A DNA stretch of 64,000 nt, from IMG/VR virus record IMGVR_UViG_3300025000_000055. One strand, written 5' to 3'. Source of the DNA: a virus (lineage: Duplodnaviria > Caudoviricetes). The stretch's first letter is position 1. The number at the start of each line of letters is the position of its first letter. This document shows, piece by piece, positions 40,976 to 50,440 of this stretch. Made by a program: the position numbers and the translations under genes. The notes below the pieces were generated by a model. The model had not been told where the DNA came from. It saw only the letters and a program-made list of their open reading frames with translations, and ran no database searches.

Positions 40976-41314
40976 CTAATTATCTTTATCTTTTCCTTCT
41001 GTATTATTACTTATTGTTTCAATACATAAATCAATACATTTTTGACAAATAGAAGCATTTTCAGAATAAATAATAATATTTTCATCAGAATTCTTTTCCC
41101 CACAAAAAGAACAAAAAACACCACTTTCTCTATAACTAGCTTTTGTAGAAGTAATAAAAATATTTTTAAGATTAAATTTATTTTTTTCAACCCAATTTTT
41201 AAAAATATTAATAATATCTTCAATATACTTTTCTTCTGGAACTAAAATTTTTGAATCTAAATGTAATAATTTAGTATTTATATTACTATTTTTATTAATA
41301 AAAGGTATTTTCAA
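40976..41314 (-). CDS. Small protein with ClpX-type C4 zinc finger
   Basis: FCSFCGE...IIIYSENASICQKCIDLCIETI resembles the ClpX N-terminal ZBD. Confidence 0.75.
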   Translation of the reverse strand: MKIPFINKNSNINTKLLHLDSKILVPEEKYIEDIINIFKNWVEKNKFNLKNIFITSTKASYRESGVFCSFCGEKNSDENIIIYSENASICQKCIDLCIETISNNTEGKDKDN

Positions 41315-41335
41315 AATAATATTCTCCTTTATATT

Positions 41336-42379
41336 TTATTTATTTAACCAATTAACTAGTTGATTTCTTGATTCTATATTATCTAAAAAGAATTGAGCTA
41401 CACAACCACCACCACATCTCATTATTTTATCACATTCATTTACACATATTTCTGGTATTTTTCGTGTTCTTAAAAATATAAGAAGTTTATCATAATTCCA
41501 TATATTATATAAATTTGTTTTTAAAATATTATTAGGTGTTATAAAATTACCTAACCATTTAAATGCTTCACATGGAAATATATCACCTTTAGCAGATATA
41601 TTTAATTTATTAATACCAACTGAGCATGGTTTATTATTTTTATCATCAGTTATACAATTAAAAGGACAACCATATCTAATAGATAAATTTTTATATTTTT
41701 CATTACTAATTTTAATAGTTATTTCTTTTAATAAAGATTTCATATTATCCACACTAACTTTTAATTCATCATTATTTAAACACCTACCTTGTGAAACAAG
41801 TCTTAATAAACTTATTTTTTTAATACCAATATCATTAACTAAATCTATTAAATCTAAAAAATCAATATAATTTATATTTATAGGAACGAAATGAATTTCA
41901 GTTTCAATATTATATTTTAGACAACTTTTAATTGAATTTATAATAGTGTTAAACACATTTTTAATTTTAACAATTTTATATATTGTATCATCATTTGACC
42001 CATGTAAACTAATTACAATCTTATTAATATTTCTTTTAAAAAATAATAAAGTATCTTCAGATATAGATGATAATTCGTTATTATGATATATAATCCCACA
42101 ACTATAAACAGTAATGTGTAAACCTAATTTTTTAGCAAAAGAAATTATTTCTTTAAATTCAGGGTGAAGTAATGGGTCTCCACCTGATATGGATAAATTT
42201 TTAACTCCTTCAGAAACAGCATCTAATAATATATTTTTTACATCTGAAAATAATAACATATCATTACTCTTAGAATTAGCTTTAGAAGAACAATGAATAC
42301 AATTTAACATACATTTATTTGTTATTTCTATACATAAATTTTTTAAACCAATATCTGGGAACAACTGATACATTCTCAA
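41336..42379 (-). CDS. Radical SAM protein with SPASM domain
   Basis: CxxxCxxC (CMLNCIHC), SGGDPLL, C.VG..KL.I...GDIFPC, C..C....CGGGC. Confidence 0.9.
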   Translation of the reverse strand: MRMYQLFPDIGLKNLCIEITNKCMLNCIHCSSKANSKSNDMLLFSDVKNILLDAVSEGVKNLSISGGDPLLHPEFKEIISFAKKLGLHITVYSCGIIYHNNELSSISEDTLLFFKRNINKIVISLHGSNDDTIYKIVKIKNVFNTIINSIKSCLKYNIETEIHFVPININYIDFLDLIDLVNDIGIKKISLLRLVSQGRCLNNDELKVSVDNMKSLLKEITIKISNEKYKNLSIRYGCPFNCITDDKNNKPCSVGINKLNISAKGDIFPCEAFKWLGNFITPNNILKTNLYNIWNYDKLLIFLRTRKIPEICVNECDKIMRCGGGCVAQFFLDNIESRNQLVNWLNK

Positions 42380-42392
42380 ATTATCATCCCCC

Positions 42393-43947
42393 TTATATAA
42401 TTAAGTTATTTAATTTAACTTGTGATATCTGGGATGTACTATTGTGAAATTTCTTCATAGATAAATTAACTAATGTAGATGAAACTCTTGCTGATGTTAA
42501 TCCAATATTAGTTATATTTAACTTCTCATACATAAGTCCAGCACATACACGACATAATTTCTTAGATATACAACCCATAGGTGTTCTCATTTTAACTTTA
42601 ACTCCAAAATATTTATGTATATTATCATCATCTAATAAAATTAATTTGTTCCCTTCCATAATATATCTATATAAATAGTCGTTAATAGTATTTTTAGTTA
42701 TTATTACATCCATTAATCCTTTAGAACCACAATTACTCCCTTTATCATCTAAAACAACAGCTTGTAAAGCTGCAATAATTTTTTTAGAAAAATAACCTGA
42801 ATCAGCTGTTCCAATAGCTTTTGGATCTATATATTCACATAGGTCGTTAATCTATGCAGTTCTCTTATGAACTTCCTTATCTTTCGATAAGATACTAGAC
42901 TATATCTTCATCCTTATTATTTCTAATAAGGAGCTCTCCATTTCGATTTAAGGGATTCTCACCCACCTACTTAGGCCCTACTCCTATTGCTTATTTCAAA
43001 GCCAATGGGATAGTCGTTGAACTTTTCTCATATTTATGAGACTTAGCTGCGGATTACTCAATCCTAAAACCTTATTACTAATATAATTTAGTAGTTTTAG
43101 GCTCTAAGAGCTTCCCCGACAATTAAAAGAGTAAAACATAATATTACTATTATGCCGCCCATAATTTATAGGCACCTGTTATAATAGCATTACCATAAAC
43201 AGCTAAATCTTCTTTTGTTATACCTTCCATTAAACAATTTTCAACAAAATCAAACTCTCCTGTAGACGGATTATATACAGGGCCTTTCATAATATTAGTA
43301 TTTTTATAGTTATTACTAAAAGTACCTCTAGCACCAGATTTATAAAGTTCATAACCAGTGTCATATTTTAATTCTTCTTCAGCTAATTTTATTAATTCTT
43401 TTTCAATTTTAACAGCTGTTATAATATCACCCTGTTTTAATTTATCTTTATTTTCTTTTATTAACTTTTTTTTCATATCAATAACTTTAGGATTGGGTTT
43501 AAATAATTTCATTGTATATGAACCAGAAATAACAATATGAAATTGTTGTGCTAACCATTGAATATCATTAAGATATTTAACCATAATATTGGTATCTATT
43601 TTATCATTTAGTAATGCTTTAGATAATTTATCTTCTATTTTTAAAAGTACTTTTTTATCTATAGTTTCATTTATATATCCCAGAATATTAACTAAGCTTC
43701 TTTCAATTATATATTTATTATAAATAAATAAACCAATATTAGTTCTAACCTTATCTTTGTTAAAATACTCACTTGGTTTTAAATCAAACTCATCCCATGT
43801 TTTAAATCTACTTTTAATAATATTAATTTTCTTATTAATATCTTTTTTAACAGTATCACCAAATAATTCTATTAATAATTCAAAAGTTATATCCTCGGGT
43901 TTTAAATTTAATAGATATTCTTTATCTTTTTGAGATATCAAATCCAT
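42393..43947 (-). CDS. rpoC: Virion-type RNA polymerase beta' C-terminal subunit, spliced: exons 43947-43170 and 42826-42393 (403 aa)
   Basis: Splice restores GAYPKAIGTADSGYFSKK (bridge helix); KMRTPMGC..KKLCRVC.G; LSMKKFH trigger loop. Virion assignment is inferred from late promoter and context. Confidence 0.8.
42827..43169 (-). ncRNA. Group I intron (ORF-less, 343 nt) in RNAP beta'C
   Basis: Nearly identical to the intron at 13070-13461; P1 UGCCU/GGGCG; omega-G at 42827. Confidence 0.9.
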
Positions 43948-43980
43948 TATTTATACATCTCCTTTATATTTATTATAGGT

Positions 43981-43992
43981 TATAATTTTGTT
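43981..43992 (-). promoter_or_regulatory. Late-type promoter AACA-N6-TA
   Basis: Minus strand AACA-AAATTA-TA. Confidence 0.6.
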
Positions 43993-44012
43993 TTGGTTTA
44001 TATAAAAATAAA

Positions 44013-44054
44013 AAATTTATATAATTGATAAATATTTATCAATTATATAAATTT
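44013..44054. terminator. 42-bp perfect palindrome
   Basis: AAATTTATATAATTGATAAAT|ATTTATCAATTATATAAATTT. Confidence 0.65.
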
Positions 44055-44059
44055 AATTT

Positions 44060-44923
44060 TCATGATGTATAAATACGATAAATAATAGTTAAATCTTTAG
44101 CAAATTGTAATAACTCATTCCCAAGATTTAATTTAGAAAATAATTTTACTTGTTTATAATCATAAGAACCATCTGCCAATAAACTTTTAATACCTGTAAA
44201 CAAACCAATGGAATTTATTCTAGCCTGTTCAATATTACCATTAAGTTCAAACCATTCTCTTACATCCAATTTACTTATTTTTAAAATAAGTTCAATAAAT
44301 GTTTCAATCGGTTCAATACGTGTAGTGTTATGAACTCCGGCCTCAACCTCAGTTCCATCTTCATCTCCTTCAGCATCTTTCCAAAGAACTTTAATTTCAG
44401 GTATTACTTCAAAGTTCTTTAAATAATAGGCTTTTTTACCATCAACTAATATTGTTTTAAACCAATATTTATCAACATCTTGCAGAGAAAGTTCACCATC
44501 AATAACTCGAAATGGTACCATATCAAAAATTTCTCTTTCATAAAATTTAACATCTACAACAGAAGTTATTGAATCCCCACAACCACCAGTTCCCACACCA
44601 AATAAACATATTACATTATCTTTAGGATATATATCAGTTACTGCAACCCCAGTTGTTGCTATTCCCATAATGTTATTTAAATAGTCAACTGTTAAAGGAG
44701 ACGCTACACCAAATATTTTTTCTAAAACATATAAAGCCCCGCCCAATATTATTTGATTCTCTTCTTCAAAAAGAACCTCTCCCAATTCAGTAATACCATT
44801 TTCATTTTTTCTAGGATTATAACCACCTATAATTTTAGTTCTTTGTAATACGCTTGGTTTAAATTCAAAAGACAAAATATTATTTGAATTGAGACTATCT
44901 TTTTTCATAATTACTTTATCCAT
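44060..44923 (-). CDS. Virion structural protein, baseplate/tail-associated candidate
   Basis: Late-type promoter at 44967-44978; C-terminal IIYRIY is typical of such proteins. Confidence 0.55.
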   Translation of the reverse strand: MDKVIMKKDSLNSNNILSFEFKPSVLQRTKIIGGYNPRKNENGITELGEVLFEEENQIILGGALYVLEKIFGVASPLTVDYLNNIMGIATTGVAVTDIYPKDNVICLFGVGTGGCGDSITSVVDVKFYEREIFDMVPFRVIDGELSLQDVDKYWFKTILVDGKKAYYLKNFEVIPEIKVLWKDAEGDEDGTEVEAGVHNTTRIEPIETFIELILKISKLDVREWFELNGNIEQARINSIGLFTGIKSLLADGSYDYKQVKLFSKLNLGNELLQFAKDLTIIYRIYTS

Positions 44924-44966
44924 TTTTTAAAAATTCAACCCCTTTCTTTACGATTCAATACCATCT

Positions 44967-44978
44967 TATTTATTTGTT
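44967..44978 (-). promoter_or_regulatory. Late-type promoter AACA-N6-TA
   Basis: Minus strand AACA-AATAAA-TA. Confidence 0.6.
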
Positions 44979-47423
44979 TTATGATTCATGAATAATATTA
45001 ATATTATCTTTTAATGATAAAGGTGTTTTATTTATTATTAAAGAATTTATATTATTAGATGTCAATATATTACAATCATCATTAATAATAATTGTTTTTA
45101 TTAAAAGATTAATCAATGATTGTTCTGTTCTTTCAGAATCATTTTCAAAATATTTATTATCACTAAGTATTTTTTCATTTACCTTTAAAGTATTATATAA
45201 TGAAATAAAATTATCTAATAAAGATAATTTAACATCTTTATCCATATTAATACTAATTGCATTATTACAATCTTTATATATAAAATTAAAATTATCTTCA
45301 TTACCTAATACCTTATCAATAGTTTTAATATCATGTATTAATCTGACCATATTAAAGTATCTACTATTCATTAAATAAACTATATTTAATGATGTAATAT
45401 CAGTTGTATATGATTTAAAGAAATCTATAAGTGTTATTAAAGCATTTATTGTACCTGTGTTGGAATCATTTAAAAACATATCCATATATTTTAATTCACT
45501 AACAAGTTTAGTTAATCTAAATACACTATGTCTAATATATTCAGATATTTTTTCATCACCAGAAGAATTAATTATATTATACATGTCAAGATTAGAATCT
45601 TCTAAATATTCTAAAAAAGTTATAGCTATTTCACCATTAGATTTTATAAATATTTCATTATTTTCATTAGAAACCATTAAAGCATTAAATAATTTTGTAT
45701 AAGCTCTATATTCATCTATATTTTGGCTTGTTGCTATTTTTGTAACAATAAAATCATTTAAACCTTTAATATTAGCATAAAGGGAATTAATATCATTAGC
45801 ACTTGATATATTTAAATTATTTATATAATCAAGAATAGTAGTATCTATTAAGTCTGAATTTTCGTTTATATACTGACGTATTATATTAAAATCATTTTTA
45901 AAATTAAATCCCATTACTGATAATATTTTTGATGGTGTATATAAAATATTACCAGCCATTTTATTTTTTTTACAAACTAATGCTAATAAAAATACTACAA
46001 CATCAAATATTTTAAATTCAGTATTACTAAAAATTTTAGGTAATTTCATTAATATAGTTGAAACTTGTGATTTTTTATCTATTAACATTTTTAAAAAGTA
46101 TGTAGTTTCAAATAACATTTCGGTCATCTTATACATTACTTGAATATTTAAATATTTAGTTTCAATAAAATTAAAGTCTTCCTTATATAATTGAACTTTT
46201 ACTTCATCATCAAACCAATATGGGTCATCAGCAACAACTTCATCATAATCTAGTCTATTAGTATTGTCTTCTAGTGCAAGGGCTACATTACGTTCATTTA
46301 TATCCACTAATTGAAAATATAATGAATACATTTGTTCAACATCTTCAACAAGAGTAATATTTCCTAAACCATCATCTTCTTCCTTATAAAGAAATAAAGG
46401 ATTTTTATTTTCATCTAAATTATGCTGTTTTATTAAATAATATGAAAAAATTCTCACTCGTTCAAAATCTAATAAAGAACACAAATCATATAATACTTTA
46501 TCTGTTGATTTATATCGTAGAAGATTATTTAAATTCTTTAAAATAATTCTTTGATGAACTAAAGATAAATAAGATATAAAGGGTACATTATAAGATTCAA
46601 ACATCATTTTTATTGATTCCAAATCATAAAAATCCCTTGTAATACCACTTTTAAATACATCAGAGAAAGTTCTTTGAATGGTCATAAACATTATACACAA
46701 TGCAATAAAATTATCATACAAGTCATATGTTTTACTATATTCTTTTATATAAATTACTGTCATGAAATATTCTCTAGCCTGATTATAAAAATCATTAAAT
46801 TTTATATAGGTACTATCAGATATATCTTTTGTCATTTGTAGTATAGATAAGTTTTTAGCTTTTCTAGCATATGCAATTTCAATCTTATTTGAACCAAGAT
46901 AATTAAGATATTTTTTATCTGGATAATTATTTTTTATTGTTTCTAATAAACCGACATTTTTAATTGTATTTATATCTTCAACTGGATAATTATGAATAGC
47001 TATCCCATAATTTAAATTTAATTCAATACAAGTTTCTTCATCTAAATAAATAAAAGTGGTATCATCTATATCTGGCAAACCATTTAATGTCCTATAATAA
47101 TTATTATTTTCAATATAATTATTTATAATATATTCTCTTTGTTTCAGTAAGATAGTATCCCTTAAATTATAAGGTATTTTTAACTTATCTTCTGAATATT
47201 CTCTTGCTAAATCTAAGTTGGTAACACCAGCAGTTATTATTACTTCAATATTAAATTGACGATATGTATTAAAAGAGTCTAGTCCCAATACGGCAGATAC
47301 ATATTTATCACTTTCCTTTAAAGTATCAATAGTATCTAATGCTTTAGCATCATTCTCAAATTTAATTGTGATACTAGATGTAATTAATTTTATTTCATTA
47401 AAAATATTATCTATTAAATACAT
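44979..47423 (-). CDS. Large virion structural protein, baseplate-wedge candidate (814 aa)
   Basis: Long ORF; NNYYRTLNGLP and LLRYKST motifs; late-type promoter. Confidence 0.55.
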   Translation of the reverse strand: MYLIDNIFNEIKLITSSITIKFENDAKALDTIDTLKESDKYVSAVLGLDSFNTYRQFNIEVIITAGVTNLDLAREYSEDKLKIPYNLRDTILLKQREYIINNYIENNNYYRTLNGLPDIDDTTFIYLDEETCIELNLNYGIAIHNYPVEDINTIKNVGLLETIKNNYPDKKYLNYLGSNKIEIAYARKAKNLSILQMTKDISDSTYIKFNDFYNQAREYFMTVIYIKEYSKTYDLYDNFIALCIMFMTIQRTFSDVFKSGITRDFYDLESIKMMFESYNVPFISYLSLVHQRIILKNLNNLLRYKSTDKVLYDLCSLLDFERVRIFSYYLIKQHNLDENKNPLFLYKEEDDGLGNITLVEDVEQMYSLYFQLVDINERNVALALEDNTNRLDYDEVVADDPYWFDDEVKVQLYKEDFNFIETKYLNIQVMYKMTEMLFETTYFLKMLIDKKSQVSTILMKLPKIFSNTEFKIFDVVVFLLALVCKKNKMAGNILYTPSKILSVMGFNFKNDFNIIRQYINENSDLIDTTILDYINNLNISSANDINSLYANIKGLNDFIVTKIATSQNIDEYRAYTKLFNALMVSNENNEIFIKSNGEIAITFLEYLEDSNLDMYNIINSSGDEKISEYIRHSVFRLTKLVSELKYMDMFLNDSNTGTINALITLIDFFKSYTTDITSLNIVYLMNSRYFNMVRLIHDIKTIDKVLGNEDNFNFIYKDCNNAISINMDKDVKLSLLDNFISLYNTLKVNEKILSDNKYFENDSERTEQSLINLLIKTIIINDDCNILTSNNINSLIINKTPLSLKDNINIIHES

Positions 47424-47450
47424 TTATATTTAAACCCCCTTCTGATAAAA

Positions 47451-47472
47451 AACATACTATTAATGAAATGTA
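47451..47472. promoter_or_regulatory. Overlapping divergent late-type promoters
   Basis: AACA-TACTAT-TA-ATGAAA-TGTA: AACA-N6-TA on + and TACA-N6-TA on - share one TA. Confidence 0.5.
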
Positions 47473-47496
47473 CTTTCAAAAATCTTTTTTAAGGAG

Positions 47497-48159
47497 TTGT
47501 ATTATATGAGTAATAACATAGCAAATATCAAATTTAAGAATACTAAGAATAGACCGATTATTGATTCGGATACTTGTGCATTTGCTTTACCTTTTTATAA
47601 AAATGGAGAATACTTTTCTAATATAGATAATTTTGTATCTTTTATTAAAGCGGTTGAAAAACAAGTAAGGGGTGATAATTTTTATAAAAAATATATTTCA
47701 TATTTAAAAAATGATATTGGTTTAACTAGATGTCAAGTTCTATCCAATATAGATGATGAAAGCGCTGAGATTGAACTTCATCATGGTCCGATACTTACTT
47801 TATTTGATTGTGCATGTATAATAACTGATTATTATTTAGCTAAAAATAAAAAAATAAATACCTTTATTATATCCAATACTTTATTAGAGGAACATAAAAA
47901 CAATAATATTCAGGTAGTAATGTTATCTAAAAGTGTTCATCAACAAGTGCATGATAATAATATTTTTATTAATCTTAAACAAGCTTTCGGTAATTTAGTT
48001 ACATTCTTAAACAAATATAGAACAGGAATTCATCCCGAACAAATTCAGAAGATAAATAAATATATTGAATTATCTGAGAAGTATGAATCATTTGATAAAA
48101 ATGTACTTGAATTGAAAAAAAATATTAAATCATGGTCTAATGATGAAATTATTTTTTAA
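47497..48159 (+). CDS. HNH-like fold protein, paralog A
   Basis: IELHHGPILTLFD ... LSKSVHQQVH; similar to 55601-56263. Confidence 0.6.
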   Translation: MYYMSNNIANIKFKNTKNRPIIDSDTCAFALPFYKNGEYFSNIDNFVSFIKAVEKQVRGDNFYKKYISYLKNDIGLTRCQVLSNIDDESAEIELHHGPILTLFDCACIITDYYLAKNKKINTFIISNTLLEEHKNNNIQVVMLSKSVHQQVHDNNIFINLKQAFGNLVTFLNKYRTGIHPEQIQKINKYIELSEKYESFDKNVLELKKNIKSWSNDEIIF

Positions 48160-48208
48160 AATTATAATACTAATAACTTATTAAGTTATTAGTATTATAA
48201 TTAATTAG

Positions 48209-48844
48209 TTAGTTATCAAATAATTTAACTGTATTAAAAAGAATTTGACTTAATTCATCAGATATCCCAAATCTTTCTTTATTATCAATTACACTCTTAT
48301 AAATATCACCATTATTATGTCTCATTGAAGCGGCTTTCCAATCACAAATCATTTCAACCAAATCAATAAGATTCATACCTCTTAATGTATATCTTTCTTT
48401 AATTTCAGGATTTGAAGTATTACAATTAGGACATTTATTATAATATGAGTGGTTATTTAGATTATTCAATCCATATCCGCATTCAGTACAATATTTTTCT
48501 TTTTTATCATAGAATTCAGGATGATGTCTATTTTTAGAATAGTGTGAATCTAATGCAACTTTCATTTCTTTTAAAAAACTTCTATACTCTTCACTACCAT
48601 AAGTAGAATCTTTAAGTTTTGGTCCATATATAGCAAAAATATCTAATTCAGGTTGTTCCATTTTACTTTTATCATGATTTAAAACCCTTTCATTTAACCC
48701 ACTTATAATTAAATTTATAAAACTAGCAACTTTATCAATATGTGTTTTTGTATCACTTATAGATTCTTCTATAAGTTTCCCATCAATATTATTATTACTT
48801 GACAAATTTAACCCCTCTTTTCTTTTCTTATTATTAAATATCAT
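48209..48844 (-). CDS. HD-like (DUF5662-type) protein with zinc-ribbon insertion
   Basis: HI..V, HDKSK, NRHHPE, DLVEMICDW; CTEC..CPNC insert. Confidence 0.65.
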   Translation of the reverse strand: MIFNNKKRKEGLNLSSNNNIDGKLIEESISDTKTHIDKVASFINLIISGLNERVLNHDKSKMEQPELDIFAIYGPKLKDSTYGSEEYRSFLKEMKVALDSHYSKNRHHPEFYDKKEKYCTECGYGLNNLNNHSYYNKCPNCNTSNPEIKERYTLRGMNLIDLVEMICDWKAASMRHNNGDIYKSVIDNKERFGISDELSQILFNTVKLFDN

Positions 48845-49524
48845 AATTCCACTCCTGTCTGAATGAGTCCTTTTATATTAAGTTCTTTGTCAATAATTTT
48901 AATAAATCTATCTACACACCATATATCATCTTTAATTATATTACATTTACTAAATAAATCAAAGAATTTATTAGCATTATGATAGTATTTAAATATTTCA
49001 ACAATACCCAAAGTAGTTGTAATAATTGATTCAATTTGGTTCTCATTTAATATTTGTTTAATACCTTCGTCTAAATTCATTTCAGGATTTATTGCTTCTA
49101 CTTCTAAATAAGTATATGGACATATAAATCTACTATTCCATTTATCTATTTCATATAAAAAATTATTTAATTTAAAACTTTTTCTTAATTTATTTCCTAC
49201 TAAAATAGGAATATATAATAATTTTTCTTTATTATAATTAATTATAAGTTTTTCAAATACATCTGAATTTATAATAATAGTTCTTTCATTTTGAATTTTG
49301 TGTTTTTCCGTTCTTTCAACAATAGATTTTGTTGTGTGTTCATATGTTATAGATCTATCAATAAGAGATAATATTTTTCTTAATCTAATACTTTTATTTT
49401 TATATTTAAATATCCAGTTTGTTTGTTCCTCCAATTTAACAAATTGACATCCTTTGTCAATTAAAATCTTTTCAATTTCTTCAGCTGTACCAAGATTAAA
49501 AATCTTTATTTCTTTTTCTAACAT
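48841..49524 (-). CDS. CYTH / triphosphate tunnel metalloenzyme
   Basis: N-terminal ExExK (EKEIK), EQTN, IRLRK, KLRKSF, EID, YLEVE. Confidence 0.8.
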   Translation of the reverse strand: MLEKEIKIFNLGTAEEIEKILIDKGCQFVKLEEQTNWIFKYKNKSIRLRKILSLIDRSITYEHTTKSIVERTEKHKIQNERTIIINSDVFEKLIINYNKEKLLYIPILVGNKLRKSFKLNNFLYEIDKWNSRFICPYTYLEVEAINPEMNLDEGIKQILNENQIESIITTTLGIVEIFKYYHNANKFFDLFSKCNIIKDDIWCVDRFIKIIDKELNIKGLIQTGVEL

Positions 49525-49567
49525 TTTGGTATCCTCCTTTTAACTAACATAATTAAAAAAAATATTA

Positions 49568-50329
49568 TTAAATTAAAATACTAATTAAAGGAACTAAGTA
49601 ATGTATAAAATTATAATTAATATTTATATCATTAACATAAGATGTATCTTTAACACCAATTATTTCTTTATTATATTTTGGGTCATTTAATCTAAATAAT
49701 GATTGTATATTTAGTTCTCTATAATATTCAATATATAATTTTCTTCTCTTATAATAATCAATAAAATCTTTTAAAAATTCTACTACTCTTTTTCTTTTAG
49801 ATAATTCATTCATCTTAAAAAATGTATGTAGAAAATCTAACATATATTGTCTATGATATTCTAAAGTAGTATCTGATATTCCTTTTACATCAATAATACT
49901 ATTATTATAATAAAATTCATTTTCATTTAAATAATAATAAGATGTATAAATATTCTTTTCAATAAAAGAAATATTATCTAATTCTGTAACAAGACATCTT
50001 TTAGTAACTATAATAGCATCTTTTTTTATAGATAAAATATCCTCATCTTTGAGATTGTTGTTATTAAAAAACCATTCTCTTACTTCTATAAATTTCTCAT
50101 TCAATCTTTTAAATAATTCTTTATAATTTTTCATATACAAACCTATTTGAACTTGTTTTTGTTTTCTATCTAAAGTTTCTAAATAATTTATTTTATTAGA
50201 ATCTAAAAGATTGAATTTCTTTATGATATTAAATCCTGCTGATTTAATATCATATTCAATTATCTCGTTTGAAATCAAATATTCAATATTTTTATTTAAA
50301 TAAAAATGTTTTTTAAATAAAAAACTCAT
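49568..50329 (-). CDS. Conserved jumbo-phage protein, possible minimal family-B-polymerase-like palm domain
   Basis: EYDIKSAG (motif A-like), SIKKDAII (motif C-like), DVKGI. Confidence 0.4.
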   Translation of the reverse strand: MSFLFKKHFYLNKNIEYLISNEIIEYDIKSAGFNIIKKFNLLDSNKINYLETLDRKQKQVQIGLYMKNYKELFKRLNEKFIEVREWFFNNNNLKDEDILSIKKDAIIVTKRCLVTELDNISFIEKNIYTSYYYLNENEFYYNNSIIDVKGISDTTLEYHRQYMLDFLHTFFKMNELSKRKRVVEFLKDFIDYYKRRKLYIEYYRELNIQSLFRLNDPKYNKEIIGVKDTSYVNDININYNFIHYLVPLISILI

Positions 50330-50440
50330 AAATTATCAATCCTTTAAAAAAAATAAGATTTTTAATAATTTGTTAAAATAAAAGTATTTTTCTAATAAAT
50401 AAAGACCTTAGTATTTATACTAAGGTCTTTACTATTCAAA

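Noticed and set aside
41336-42379. Calling the radical SAM gene nrdG
   Set aside because: It is much longer than NrdG, has a SPASM domain and lacks the NrdG N-terminal signature.
12720-43947. Interpreting the broken helicase, nrdD and RNAP genes as pseudogenes, frameshifts or inteins
   Set aside because: The gaps contain group I P/Q/R/S elements and in-frame stops, and exact excision restores conserved motifs; there are no intein C1 or HN-C/S/T motifs.
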